A DNA stretch of 64,000 nt from Candidatus Bathyarchaeota archaeon (GTDB lineage Archaea; Thermoproteota; Bathyarchaeia; Bathyarchaeales; Bathycorpusculaceae), in NCBI GenBank assembly GCA_963826715.1, contig CAWGYA010000002.1, forward strand, positions 1-64,000. Direction: 5' to 3'. The translations under genes were made by a program, and so were the position numbers. The notes under the pieces were generated by a model. The model saw only the letters and a program-made list of their open reading frames with translations, did not search any database and was not told the DNA's origin. Every line of letters starts with the position of its first letter. Positions within the stretch are counted from its first letter, which is position 1. Shown here piece after piece: positions 20,513 to 31,808 of this stretch.

Positions 20513-20872
20513 ATGGATTTAATAGGGATAATAATACAGATCGTAATAGGCACAATATTTCTTTCACCGGCTCTTTGGATTTCTGGGAGATTAATTGCAG
20601 GAAAGGGCAAAGCAAAATTTACTGATGCCCTTTGGATAGTCTTTCTCGGTACCATAATAAACACAGTTGTTGGCGCATTAATAGGTAGCTTGATTGCAAC
20701 AATAATATTATTGATTGTTTGGTTAGCATTGATTAAACACTTCTTCGATTGTGGATGGATAAAAGCTTTCGTAATTGCAATTGTCGCAGTAGTAATATTT
20801 GCTGTAGTCATTGCAGTACTTTCTATTATTTTGGCCATCATAGGAATTGGCATATTAGCAGCATGGCTTTAG
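20513..20872 (+). CDS. 4-TM membrane protein
   Basis: GGAGG RBS, hydrophobic profile. Confidence 0.75.
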   Translation: MDLIGIIIQIVIGTIFLSPALWISGRLIAGKGKAKFTDALWIVFLGTIINTVVGALIGSLIATIILLIVWLALIKHFFDCGWIKAFVIAIVAVVIFAVVIAVLSIILAIIGIGILAAWL

Positions 20873-20899
20873 GCTTGAATTAAATCTGTCCCTTTTTCT

Positions 20900-21958
20900 T
20901 TGTTGGAGCCTCAATTTGAAATGAAAAATGCGTCTAAGCTTATACAAATAAACCAAAAAAAAATGAGTAATCAAGAAAAATTACTGCTAGGTTTGAGAAT
21001 GGGTCGAGGAGTAGTCTCAAACGTAATTGGCATGAAAGCACCGTTGTTTTGTGGTCATAAACTAACTTATAATTGTAATCTCAGATGTAAAATGTGTCCT
21101 TTCTGGGAACGATCAACCGCAGATTTAAGCTTAGAACATGAAAAAAAAATTCTAAGACAAATCTATAATTCAGGAGTTTGTGGAATTGCTTTTGAAGGTG
21201 GCGAACCTCTTCTAAGAAAGGACTTAGTGGAAATCCTTGATTATTCTAGGTCCTTGCCTCTGCAAACAAGTCTGATCACAAATGGAACTTTGCTTGAATC
21301 CAAAATAAATGAAATAGCCCCCTACATTAATGGGGGCATCTATGTTTCTATAGATGGAATAGGTCATACTCACGATGAAATAAGAGGGGTCAGTGGCTGC
21401 TTCAAAAAAGCTCTAAAAGGTATTAGAGCAGCAACTTCCCAGAAAATTCCAGTTGCGATTAATACAACCATCATGGCTGAAAATATTAATGAGATTGAAG
21501 ACATAGTTTTGCTTGCGAAGGAACTGGAAGTAAACATTTCCGTTGCTGTCGCCCATGAATATTGTAATTCAAAGGTTTCTGCACCTGCCAGGGACGAAAT
21601 AAGTAAGGTTGCTGGACTGCTTGTTGAATTAAAGAAAAAGGGGTATCCTCTCATAAATTCAATTAGCTATTTCAACGTGATTGCTGGAAAGAAAAAATGG
21701 ATCTGCAAACCTTGGTCGACGATTAACGTGAGTCCGGAAGGATATTTGGTTTTACCATGCTATGTAAGGAATGAATACGCAAAAACTATTTCTGTTTTTA
21801 AAACCAGTATTAAAACTGCGATATCGAAGTTTGACTGGAAAGAAACGCAAAAGTGCAAAATATGCAATCTGCACTGTTATGTTGAGCCGTCCCTAGTGCT
21901 TTCCTACGATTTTGAAACTTTAAAAAACTGGGCTTTTCCTTCAAAGGTAAATTCGTGA
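20900..21958 (+). CDS. Radical SAM protein with C-terminal Cys domain
   Basis: CNLRCKMC, GGEPLLR, C-terminal CKPW...PC...CKICNLHC. Confidence 0.9.
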   Translation: MLEPQFEMKNASKLIQINQKKMSNQEKLLLGLRMGRGVVSNVIGMKAPLFCGHKLTYNCNLRCKMCPFWERSTADLSLEHEKKILRQIYNSGVCGIAFEGGEPLLRKDLVEILDYSRSLPLQTSLITNGTLLESKINEIAPYINGGIYVSIDGIGHTHDEIRGVSGCFKKALKGIRAATSQKIPVAINTTIMAENINEIEDIVLLAKELEVNISVAVAHEYCNSKVSAPARDEISKVAGLLVELKKKGYPLINSISYFNVIAGKKKWICKPWSTINVSPEGYLVLPCYVRNEYAKTISVFKTSIKTAISKFDWKETQKCKICNLHCYVEPSLVLSYDFETLKNWAFPSKVNS

Positions 21959-22664
21959 AAGAATTGTCATAACTTCTGTAGCTTTACATTTGTAAGGCAG
22001 ATAAAGTTGTGTGAGATATTGAGAGTCTTTAGGTGAGCTAATAACTTTTCGGACGAGACAAGCACCTAAATCAAAACTGTCTATTATTAATCATTTTTTC
22101 TTTATATGTATCCAACAATTATGCGAATTTATGAACAATTCACAACTATGTTTATATTCATTTATGCACTCATCTGAGATAAGCAAAAAAGGTGAAATTG
22201 AAATGTTGGAAACGGCAATAGTTGGTTTAAGTTTCATCGCAAGTGCGGTGGGTGCCTTGATAATTGAAATATATGTAGCCAAAAGAATAAGCTCTTTAAG
22301 TACCAACTTAAACCACAAGAACTACTAACCTATAGAGAATCAAGTTTATGCAAACAATTGCCCTAAACTTGAAAATCTTCGGTCAGGGTTCTTTATCAAC
22401 AGGTTTTTTCAAATCCCCTATTACCCAAAGGAAAGCAGGACAAATTAAGGGTCATCATAAAAATAATGTAAGGCGCATTTAAGCGGCAGTTATTTCAACA
22501 TTATATAATTAACAATTTTTTTAGTCTCAGTATAGAAGAATTTTTTGCTTGATACATAATATTGTGGGTAAGTTTTAGTTGTAAGTTTGTCTATGTTAAC
22601 CAGTATGTGATGTTTTCTTTATCAGAACCGCATATGAACGATCATCATATGTCTTAGTCCGAGG

Positions 22665-23132
22665 CTAAATTATGTTGTAAATGTGAATCACCAATCCCAG
22701 AATTAATGCAAAAGCCCAAATTATGAATGTAGGCATCATTAGTCGCCACATTTTGGAACATCCGAGTTCTCCCAAAGGATGAGTTACCCACGATAAAATT
22801 ATGATTAACCCTAACACAATAGCCACGACGCCCAAAACTGCATGAGACCAAACTACGGCTGACTGGGCAAGTGGTAGACTACCAATAGAAACAAAATTAT
22901 CGCTGAAGCTAAAAATCATTATGGAAAGAACAGTGGCTAGGTTTAAGCCTATGGCTGTAATACTCAAAAAGCCATGCATTATTAGATTTCTATTTTTGGT
23001 TCTGATTCGGTAAGGATAGACTCCTATTATTAGAAAGATTAGTGCTATGACTTGAATGATAGAAACTATATTCCCTTGAAAGTCAAGTGTCATACTTGCA
23101 GTTAAGCAAAACAAGTAATTAATAATTTTCAC
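22665..23132 (-). CDS. 4-TM membrane protein with conserved His
   Basis: Hydrophobic profile, HGFL and HAVLG. Confidence 0.65.
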   Translation of the reverse strand: MKIINYLFCLTASMTLDFQGNIVSIIQVIALIFLIIGVYPYRIRTKNRNLIMHGFLSITAIGLNLATVLSIMIFSFSDNFVSIGSLPLAQSAVVWSHAVLGVVAIVLGLIIILSWVTHPLGELGCSKMWRLMMPTFIIWAFALILGLVIHIYNII

Positions 23133-23395
23133 TAATTTCTGTTACTCAGATGAAAGTTCTTTAACGTTACTTATGGTTTACAACCGTGAATAAGAGAAAG
23201 GATCAGAATACCACATAGCAATTCCATAGAGCGATAAGTGAAATCTACTTAATGGGTTGTGAAAAAGATTTGAACAGACTTCATGTTTAAAAGAATAATA
23301 TGAAAATTAAATTACTCCACAAGACTCAAAAAAAGAATTTAAGCTTCTAAATTCAATAGTTTTAAAAAGCGATATCAACAAATAATATTATATCT

Positions 23396-23914
23396 GTGAG
23401 AAGTTTGGCACTAAGAAAAAACAGAAAATGGGAGCTCTGGATTGAATCAATAATTGTAGGTCTTACTGTAATTTTGATGATTGCCTACTATAATCGTTTG
23501 TTTAGTTTCGCAGCAACTGTAGGTCCCTTTAGAATAATCCATTATATCGCGTTTGCTGGGACTCTGTACATAGCATTTGGTGTAATTCTGTTCACAATAT
23601 TCAAACGCCGAAAGCCTCAAAAATATAAAACTATTCTAAGATTTCATGCACTTGGAAATATTATCGCTTTTCTATTGGTATCTTTACATTTTGCGGGTCA
23701 ATTAGGGCGACCGGCAGATTTCTACCCTGTATTGGGAACGGGCTTAGCGTTATACATTGGAATGGTTTCGTTAGTTGTAACTGGTCTGTGTCTTAGGTTT
23801 AGGTTAATTCATCGTTTTAGCCCGACAACGAATCGTTTTATTCACGCAGGATTGGCTTTCACTTTTTATATCATTATAATTGTTCACATTCTTCATGGTT
23901 TACATTTAATTTAG
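23396..23914 (+). CDS. His-containing membrane protein (cytochrome b-like), paralog of 36505-37005
   Basis: HF.GQLGR...P.LGTGLA.YI.M and N.FIHA.L shared. Confidence 0.7.
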   Translation: MRSLALRKNRKWELWIESIIVGLTVILMIAYYNRLFSFAATVGPFRIIHYIAFAGTLYIAFGVILFTIFKRRKPQKYKTILRFHALGNIIAFLLVSLHFAGQLGRPADFYPVLGTGLALYIGMVSLVVTGLCLRFRLIHRFSPTTNRFIHAGLAFTFYIIIIVHILHGLHLI

Positions 23915-24142
23915 TTCCACATTTTCTTTCTAAAAATAGAAACTTGATAAAAGGAAGTAACATAAAGCAGTATGTTCTAACTTCTTCACGTTTTGTGATT
24001 TTTAGTAAGTAAATATGCTGGAATGCTGGTTATTTTTCTGTTTTGGCTAATTATCAATAGTCCATTCTTTTTTCTTGCACAGGAGTATTGTGTATCTTTT
24101 TTTCTATTGGTGCTTGTACCTTTTCCCCTTATATTACTTCAA

Positions 24143-24487
24143 TTATCTAAATTTGTATTTTCTGCTCGGATCTTTTTCGGGTATTATATTCCAGCCGACC
24201 CTAACCCTTCTATTTGCGTTGTACCAGAAGTCAATGCCAAATATCAAAGCGACAGATGTAATGGTTGGCACAAAAAACAAGGTCACTGTAGCAACAAACT
24301 TACTCATACCCAAAACCAAGATAGCAGACGGCGAAACAGCTAGCACAACTGAAACAGCCGCAATGTAGATGACTGTAACTAGGGCTGCGATTAAGCAAAC
24401 TACCGCACGGCGGTAACTTTTGTTGTACCTCATGTATCTATTCAACTCTCTAAACCCTCCTACTAAAAATGGTTCAGTGTTATACAT
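24143..24487 (-). CDS. Hypothetical membrane protein
   Basis: Two TM segments. Confidence 0.45.
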   Translation of the reverse strand: MYNTEPFLVGGFRELNRYMRYNKSYRRAVVCLIAALVTVIYIAAVSVVLAVSPSAILVLGMSKFVATVTLFFVPTITSVALIFGIDFWYNANRRVRVGWNIIPEKDPSRKYKFR

Positions 24488-24828
24488 TACTAATGCAGAT
24501 TAGGTTAATAACTGTTATGTGAAGACTTAATATACTGTATTATGGTTCAAAATGCGCGTCATTTGGGGAAAGCCTCAACAATTTTTTTCTAATATTCGAG
24601 AAAAATATCCTTCAATACCTTTCGCTGAAAATATGACCTATAAAAAAACGCTTTTCAATAAAACTACAAAACAGAAAACTAAAATTTTTTTCCTTGAAAT
24701 GAATAGTTTTTGTGCGAGCCAGAATCCTTGCGTGCCGAGGGTGGTGGCAAGCGGGAGCGCCGCGGAAGATTAGCGTATAATATTATTACTCCAAGCTCTA
24801 TATCATTCAGAACTATGAAGGTGGAACT

Positions 24829-25059
24829 TTGGGCAAATTTGGTCGTAATATATGCTGTAACTTCGATAATAATGCGAAGTGTATTCTTCTAATTGAAGGA
24901 AATAAAAGATGTGTTTTAAATGAAACCAATGAAGAGCAACATCAAGATGGCAAAATACAGTTTAGCATTTGTCCTCTCTTGCCCGAATCTGAGCGTGACG
25001 GTTTCTTAGCTGAAATGGAAAAAAAGGGATACCGAAACTTTAGGTCATTTAAAACATAG
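24829..25059 (+). CDS. Small hypothetical protein between GC-rich patches
   Basis: AGGTGG upstream of TTG. Confidence 0.4.
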   Translation: MGKFGRNICCNFDNNAKCILLIEGNKRCVLNETNEEQHQDGKIQFSICPLLPESERDGFLAEMEKKGYRNFRSFKT

Positions 25060-25549
25060 TGCTTTACCTATGTTGAAAAGCAATAGGTCTTACGTAGCAA
25101 AGTCCCACCAATTCCCTTCAAATATATAACTTTCTTTTAAAGGAAGCATTGACGCGAAGCGACCCGCCAAACTGGAGCGAAGTAAACTTGGATTGATTAA
25201 CAGTAATAATAACAGAAATCCAAACGGAAAAGCGATTTTTCGTTGTTTGCATGCTTCATCTACTTTACTCTTATTAGTTATAATTTGGTGCCATTTTGGA
25301 CTAACAATCCCATTAGATGTAACTGTTTTGCCACCTAATGCATTCCTTGGCGCCTAAGCAACTTCGTATATAGTTCAGCTACTTTAAAATCTAACCCTAT
25401 GCTGTTTGGTATACTAATTTTTATACATTTAGTTTTAATAGACTGTTATTTGGCAAAATGTTATATATTAAAAAGTAACAAAATATGGGAATTGTTGAGT
25501 AATTTTTTTCTCGCTTTAGCTCAACAAAAACCAAAACAAAGGGAAAAAT

Positions 25550-28138
25550 ATGAAAACCTCTAATACTAAAATTTTTGCTACTGCAATTTCTCTGCTTCTT
25601 ATACTGAGCGTTGTTGTATCTATTTCGTCTGTTCCGACTGCTAAAGCTCATGATCCGCCAGTGGAATTCACGTCTTTTCCATTCCTTGTCGCTGCCCCTA
25701 GTCCTGTGGGCATCGGTCAACATGTCAATATAGTTATGTGGATCGACAAGCCCTTGCCAGGAGCAACAGTTCAAAACGATATTAGACGACATGGTTACAC
25801 ATTAACTATCACAAAACCAGATGGTGCAATTGAAACAAATCAATGGGCTGTTGTAGAAGATACAACTAGCATACAATTCATGCTCTATACTCCAGATCAA
25901 GTAGGTACATACACATTGAAATTTGAATACGCAGGTCAAACTTATACGTGGAATTCATCAAGTTCAGAACGAATATACACAAACGATGTTTTTGGCCCAG
26001 CTAGCAAAACAATAACTTTTGAAGCGCAACAAGATCCTCTACCAGAACCAATCAGCAGCTATCCGCTTCCAACAGAATACTGGACACGCCCAATTGAAGG
26101 AGAAAATACTGACTGGTGGACAATTTCTTCAAACTGGCTCGGTGGAGCATACACCACAAACAACGTACAAAATGACGGATCAGCGCCAAACTCAGCACAT
26201 ATTATGTGGACCAAACCGATTCAGGATGGCGGAGTAGTCGGCGGGTCCACAACTACTGCTCTTGATGGCGATACATACTATTCAGGAATGGCATATAACA
26301 CCAGAACAAATAACATGATAATAATGCATGAACGACTCTACTATGAGCTTCCATATGGCAATTTAGGAGGCGGAGGTGGCTGGATGTGCGTAAATCTACG
26401 CACAGGAGAAGAAATCTGGTACAATGCAACCGCAGGTACTGGGAGTCTCTTAAACACTGCTCCTGAACCAACATTTGGATATCTATACGATCTTCACTAC
26501 GAAAACCAACATGGCACAGTAGGCAACGGCTGGCTAGTATACCAAAGTGGATCAACATGGAAATTCCTTGAACCCCGCACAGGTGAACCTGTAGACATGG
26601 TTGTTAACAATATTCCTTCAACTGGCGCTGGCTTTGGTGCAGTATCAGGACCATCAGAAGTTGTAGGTCCACATGGCGAACTATTACGATACCAAATTGA
26701 CCTTCAAAACGGCTGGTTAGCTCAATGGAACTCGTCTAAAATACTCTGGGATACCACTGGTTTTAGCCCCGCTCAAGGAGGAACAATGGACGGTGGAACT
26801 CCAAATCGTTACGATTGGAATGTCACAATATCAACAACTATCCCGACAGGCTCGACCATAAGAGCAGCGTTCTTAGAGGATGTACTACTTCTTAGCGATA
26901 TTACAAACGCTTACGGCAGTGGTTTCACTATCTTCGGCACAATAGACCCCTATACTGTAACAGCAATAAGCCTAAATCCAAATTCAAGAGGGCAAGTATT
27001 ATGGACAAAAAGCTACAGTGCACCAGACCATGTCACAAGACAATGGGCAATAGCTGATCCAGAAAACCGTGTCTTCGTTATGAAGGACGTAGAAAAAATG
27101 ACATGGATAGGCTACAGCATGCAAAACGGCGAACAAGTTTGGGGACCTACTGCACCTCAACCTGACTACGACTACTTCAACCTTCAAAGTTTCTCCGCTT
27201 ACGGCAATCTTTACTCAAGCGGATATGGTGGATACATATTTGCTTACTCCGTGAAAAACGGGAGCTTGCTATGGACATATGGAAACGGCGGCGAAGGAAA
27301 CAGCACCAACGCGGGACTTACAACAGCATGGGGGAACTATCCCCAGTTCATAATGGCTATAGCTGACGGAAAAATCTACAGCATGACTTATGAACACTCG
27401 CCCAATTCACCACACTACAAAAATATGAAAATACGCTGTGTTGAAGCCTTTACAGGCGAAGAACTCTGGACCATGCTGGGTGCTGGAAGTGCTTTCGAAA
27501 GCGGCAGTAAAGCTTTTGCTGTTGCGGATGGATACGCCGTATACCTCAACGCCTATGACATGCAACTATACACTGTCGGTAAAGGTCCAAGCAGAATGAC
27601 GTTATCAATTCTTAACAATGTAGTGTCAAGTGGAAGCACTGTAATGTTAACAGGTACTATCACGGACATTTCTGCAGGAACAAAACAAGCCGAGCAAGCT
27701 GATAGATTCCCTGAAGGAGTTCCAGCAGTTTCAGACGAAAGTCAAGGTTCATGGATGGAATACGTATACATGCAAAAGCCGCGTCCAATGGACACGTTAG
27801 GCGTGCCTATTACTCTGAGTGTTGTTGACTCAAATGGCAACTATCGAGACATTGGGACAACTACTAGTGATGCTGATGGATTCTTTAGCTATAATTGGAT
27901 GCCTGACATTGAAGGCCCATACACTGTTTATGCATCATTTGCAGGCAGCAACTCATACTGGCCATCACATGCAGTATCTGCATTTGCAGTCGATCCTGCA
28001 CCACAAACACCAGCACCAACAGAAGCAGCACCACAATCAGCAGCTGACATGTACTTTATTCCCGCCATCGCAGGCTTGTTTGTATTCGTAGCCATCATCG
28101 GCGTAGTCATTATCTTAGTGCTCAGAAGAAGACCGTAA
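25550..28138 (+). CDS. Secreted PQQ-like beta-propeller surface protein with C-terminal TM anchor
   Basis: Signal peptide, TGEEIW/GEELW repeats, PT-rich linker, TM plus RRRP. Confidence 0.9.
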   Translation: MKTSNTKIFATAISLLLILSVVVSISSVPTAKAHDPPVEFTSFPFLVAAPSPVGIGQHVNIVMWIDKPLPGATVQNDIRRHGYTLTITKPDGAIETNQWAVVEDTTSIQFMLYTPDQVGTYTLKFEYAGQTYTWNSSSSERIYTNDVFGPASKTITFEAQQDPLPEPISSYPLPTEYWTRPIEGENTDWWTISSNWLGGAYTTNNVQNDGSAPNSAHIMWTKPIQDGGVVGGSTTTALDGDTYYSGMAYNTRTNNMIIMHERLYYELPYGNLGGGGGWMCVNLRTGEEIWYNATAGTGSLLNTAPEPTFGYLYDLHYENQHGTVGNGWLVYQSGSTWKFLEPRTGEPVDMVVNNIPSTGAGFGAVSGPSEVVGPHGELLRYQIDLQNGWLAQWNSSKILWDTTGFSPAQGGTMDGGTPNRYDWNVTISTTIPTGSTIRAAFLEDVLLLSDITNAYGSGFTIFGTIDPYTVTAISLNPNSRGQVLWTKSYSAPDHVTRQWAIADPENRVFVMKDVEKMTWIGYSMQNGEQVWGPTAPQPDYDYFNLQSFSAYGNLYSSGYGGYIFAYSVKNGSLLWTYGNGGEGNSTNAGLTTAWGNYPQFIMAIADGKIYSMTYEHSPNSPHYKNMKIRCVEAFTGEELWTMLGAGSAFESGSKAFAVADGYAVYLNAYDMQLYTVGKGPSRMTLSILNNVVSSGSTVMLTGTITDISAGTKQAEQADRFPEGVPAVSDESQGSWMEYVYMQKPRPMDTLGVPITLSVVDSNGNYRDIGTTTSDADGFFSYNWMPDIEGPYTVYASFAGSNSYWPSHAVSAFAVDPAPQTPAPTEAAPQSAADMYFIPAIAGLFVFVAIIGVVIILVLRRRP

Positions 28139-28199
28139 AAACAATTTCCCCCCTCTTTTTGATTTTATTTGTTGTTAGGCTTTTTCTCACGCAGCATAA

Positions 28200-28745
28200 A
28201 TCAGAAAAGCTGAGTCAGTTCCTTGAGCGTGTAAAGAAGATATACCACATTTGTAGCATTCATGAACTGCATTTTGCCGCTAAGTGAACTCTTTTAGTAT
28301 GACGTCACTAATTCTTCCACTCCGTATCTTTAGCAAATAATCTGAGGGGTTTGCGTTAATAAGACAGTTTATTTTTTCGGTTTAATGTTTTGCGTATTGG
28401 GTAGCACCTTTACGCATCACTAAGGGTGTATAAATGTAGCTCAAAAAAAGAGCGGATAGATGCCCAAATAACTTGCAATGTTGCAACCTTAAAACCCTGT
28501 TTGCATTGGAATGCTATAAACTGGTTAAGTTCGCTCTCGTAGTGTCTGCGATTTTTCATGTCTGGGGCAATGCATTTTTTGAGTCTTTCGCTAAGAATGG
28601 TATTAGGGGGGTTCCCCAGATATTCATAGTACCCAACAAAATATCGTAGGTACCGTTCTTCTGTTTTCTCGTCACGGTTGCTAAGTTCCTTTTGCCAATA
28701 AAAGCTGGCTGGTCTCGCATCTACAAACTGCCAATTTATGCTCAC
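28200..28745 (-). pseudogene. Tyrosine recombinase remnant
   Basis: N-terminal domain ending ...ASIRSFF; downstream broken frames give LFAKDT / GRISDV (catalytic Arg box). Confidence 0.65.
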
Positions 28746-29183
28746 TTTAATTTAATTGCAGTCGTTTTGCCGGATTATCAAAGAATTTGAGTGGGCAAGC
28801 GAGTGCTGAATTTTATCGCTGAACTTTACGCTACACAGACAAAGATGGTCTTCTACATATACTCACAAGCAATCCACAGGATCGTAAGGGGAGATTTGAA
28901 AAATAGGAAGATAACTCGCTTTGGTCATGCAAGCAAAGGCAAAGATAATTCGAAAATTAACAAAGAAATTAAAAGTAACCAAAGCCGAAAACTCATAACC
29001 ATATCAATACAATACAGTCCTTAGATTAGATAAGACCCTCAAGTAGATTTGCAACTCGGTGGATTTGTTTTTGGTGGAATGGGTAGGGGGTGTTTAGTTT
29101 GTTTGATATGTCATTTTTCATAATAAAAGTTAATTATCTGAAAAAATAATTATTTTTTAGTTGGTTTTCGGAGGCATGTTGGA

Positions 29184-29306
29184 GTGTCGGTTGTGGTTAA
29201 TGAGTGTAATTGCGGTTGCGAACTTGCTGTCTTTAGGGTAATGGAGGGGCAAGTTTTGATTGAATGCAAGAAATGTGGCAAAATCCGCTTTAAATCCTGG
29301 GGATAA
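29184..29306 (+). CDS. 40-aa zinc-ribbon microprotein
   Basis: MSVVVNECNCGCELAVFRVMEGQVLIECKKCGKIRFKSWG; GGAGG upstream. Confidence 0.55.
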   Translation: MSVVVNECNCGCELAVFRVMEGQVLIECKKCGKIRFKSWG

Positions 29307-29651
29307 ATTATTTTTTCCTTTTGAAGAAGAATGTCTCTCCTATTAAGAGAATGAACAGTTTTAGAAAATCTCCATAAAAAAATCGTTGTTGACCAAAGGT
29401 TACAATATCTTAATTTTAGCTGATCACGCCAAAAAACATGGATTAAAAATAACAGAAGATAAAGAACGTAAATATTTGGTAATTTTCAAGCAATAACAGC
29501 TACTAATTTCTTTTAAAATATATGTGCCAGCTCTACTTGAAACGCAGATAGTAGAAAGCTCAAGTTATCGCTTTTACAAAAGATCAGATCTTTTTTGCTA
29601 TAAATTCCTGGACCAGATTTTGGAAGGTCTTGGAAAACGTTTCTCCCTAAC

Positions 29652-29903
29652 TTACATTTGGCAAACTCTTTCGCTTGTCACCATCAGAATCTGCTCTGTC
29701 AAAAACTCCTCCAACGAATCAAACGCCAAACCATAATCCGCTCGCATGTGTTCGGTTACATGATTCTTTATTGCGCGGTTCATAGCTTTCAAATCGGGAA
29801 CTATCAAAATTTTTAACCCACACACGCATCTAATTGTAGGCATTCCTTTTCGATGTGTGGCGTCTTTGCGTGAAGCGAAACTAATTTCTTGATTCTTTGC
29901 CAT
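29652..29903 (-). CDS. Small Zn-binding hypothetical protein
   Basis: CVCG...HVTEH; GGAG upstream. Confidence 0.6.
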   Translation of the reverse strand: MAKNQEISFASRKDATHRKGMPTIRCVCGLKILIVPDLKAMNRAIKNHVTEHMRADYGLAFDSLEEFLTEQILMVTSERVCQM

Positions 29904-30175
29904 TTTGTCTCCACTCTCTGCAGTCGGATTCTTCTATATCCTCTTTTAACTCATAAGATGTTGGGGTAGGCGCGGTACAGTCACAAACAAATCGTAATTT
30001 AATGATAATTCTTCTTATTTATGCATTATTTAATATAGTTTATCTCAGTAATATTGATTATGCTAATAAATAGCACAATTGCTTGAATTAAACAATAGAA
30101 AAAAGCAAAGCTTTATAGCAATCATCAGAATAACATGCGGAGTATTCAATAAACTCAGATGGAAAGGACTCGAAG

Positions 30176-30472
30176 ATGAGAAGATCTAAATTAGAAATGT
30201 ACATTGACGTTCTCAACGCATTGGCGCACGGGAAACCATTAAGGTTGACGCATATAATGTACAAAGCTAACGTTAACTGTAGCGTACTCAATGAGTGCTT
30301 GGGCTTTCTAATCAAACAAGGCCTAATCGAAAAACGTAATGTAGAAAAGGCACGTATAGTTTTTACAATTACTCAACACGGCATCGATGTATTGAAATAT
30401 TTCCGAGAACTCACAAAAGCGTTGCCTATAATAGAAGAATACCCAATCAAATCAGCAATGTTTTACCCATAG
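30176..30472 (+). CDS. Archaeal winged-helix transcription regulator
   Basis: MRRSKLEMYIDVL...THIMYKANVN...ITQHG. Confidence 0.85.
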   Translation: MRRSKLEMYIDVLNALAHGKPLRLTHIMYKANVNCSVLNECLGFLIKQGLIEKRNVEKARIVFTITQHGIDVLKYFRELTKALPIIEEYPIKSAMFYP

Positions 30473-30827
30473 GTGGATCAGCTCACAGACTTGTACGTTA
30501 GCTGTTCTATCTGAACCAAAGCCTTTCAATTCTTAAACGCCATAGGATAAGTCAAACCAAAAATAATATTTAATTTTTTATAGGTTCTTATGATAAGGTA
30601 TTTTCCTAAAAGCCTTTCTTACTGTACCCTCAATTCAGAATTACCGAATGTTTGGTTTCGGGTGATGCTCCGAATATTTTTGCGATAAAAAACCTTTGAA
30701 TTCGAAGACACCCGAGGAAAAACCTGGTAAACTAACTGCAAAGGTCATAAAGGAACTCAAGAAAACAAAAAGGATCTCAAGAGGATAATACAGTGAGACC
30801 TAAATCATAAAAAGGTATCCTTAAAAG

Positions 30828-30863
30828 TGTTTCATGTTTGTTTCAGTTTTGTTTCAGCCAACT
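30828..30863 (+). promoter_or_regulatory. Triple TGTTTCA direct repeat (11-bp period), putative activator site
   Basis: tgtttca-N4-tgtttca-N4-tgtttca-gccaact; same architecture at 36231-36266 on the minus strand. Confidence 0.75.
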
Positions 30864-30908
30864 TCTATACCAGCCCATGACCATATTAGTATATGGTGAT
30901 AAAACAAA

Positions 30909-31214
30909 ATGAACACAAAAGTAATAATTGCACTCGTCGCAGTCACGGCGCTTGCTCTGGCCGCAGTCGGACTGGCAGCAGCCCAAATAGCCCAAAACCA
31001 AACCCAAATAGTCCCCGGAGCAAACCCCAACACGGTTCCTGCTGAAGGGTTTTGGGGTTGGATAGGTAACTGCTTTGGATATGGAACAAACCAAGCCTAC
31101 ACCGGTCAGTATGGTGCGTTTCAAGCACAAACAGACGGTTCTGTTCCAGCGCCTGCGCCCATTCAAGGTGGCTATGGCTACGGATATGGGTATGGTCCTT
31201 GCTGGGCAAGATAA
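30909..31214 (+). CDS. Secreted Gly/Tyr-rich small protein
   Basis: Signal peptide, GYGYGYGYGPCW tail. Confidence 0.75.
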   Translation: MNTKVIIALVAVTALALAAVGLAAAQIAQNQTQIVPGANPNTVPAEGFWGWIGNCFGYGTNQAYTGQYGAFQAQTDGSVPAPAPIQGGYGYGYGYGPCWAR

Positions 31215-31298
31215 ACTATTTTCTCTTGCTCTAATGAAACCCTTTTTTGTTAATTTTTCTTTGAATAATTAATTCTGTCGTTAGTATTTTTTGATTGA

Positions 31299-31666
31299 TT
31301 AAATCATTTTTATTCTGGAGCATTCGTTTCCTATGCACCAGCCATATCTTTGAATGGTTCGGCAACTGTAGGGTCTAACTTCTTTTTTTTCGACTTTGTT
31401 TGAGAAAAACCAGTTCACTTGATAGTTAGTTATGGAATCGTTAAAGTCATTAAGACACCTATAAAGATCAACTATGCTTTCGAGGCTTTGAAATCCAAGA
31501 GAATAAGCTTCTGCAGTAGAGCAAGACGTTGCTGATGGCACATTTCCCCAGAGTTTAGGGCTTTAACAAAACAAGGTCTAATTCCCGCTGTACTCTCAAA
31601 AGGCAAGGTCTTTGCCACGTAGTTTATCTTTTTTTCTTTGAGGGCTTTTCTATATTCCCTAGCCAA
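31299..31666 (-). pseudogene. Primase large-subunit (PriL) C-terminal Fe-S domain-like remnant
   Basis: IRPCF...HQQRL then frameshift to ...PYSCRTIQRYGWC...C. Confidence 0.6.
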
Positions 31667-31808
31667 AAGTTAATATATATTTCAATATTCACTGATTAAT
31701 ATTGTATCAGGTTTATTTTGAGGAGCGCATTGCTTGCCTTTTATATTACCTATGAAATTTCAGTATATTTTTATAGAAAATGATACAACCTTGAAAATTG
31801 ATTAGTCG

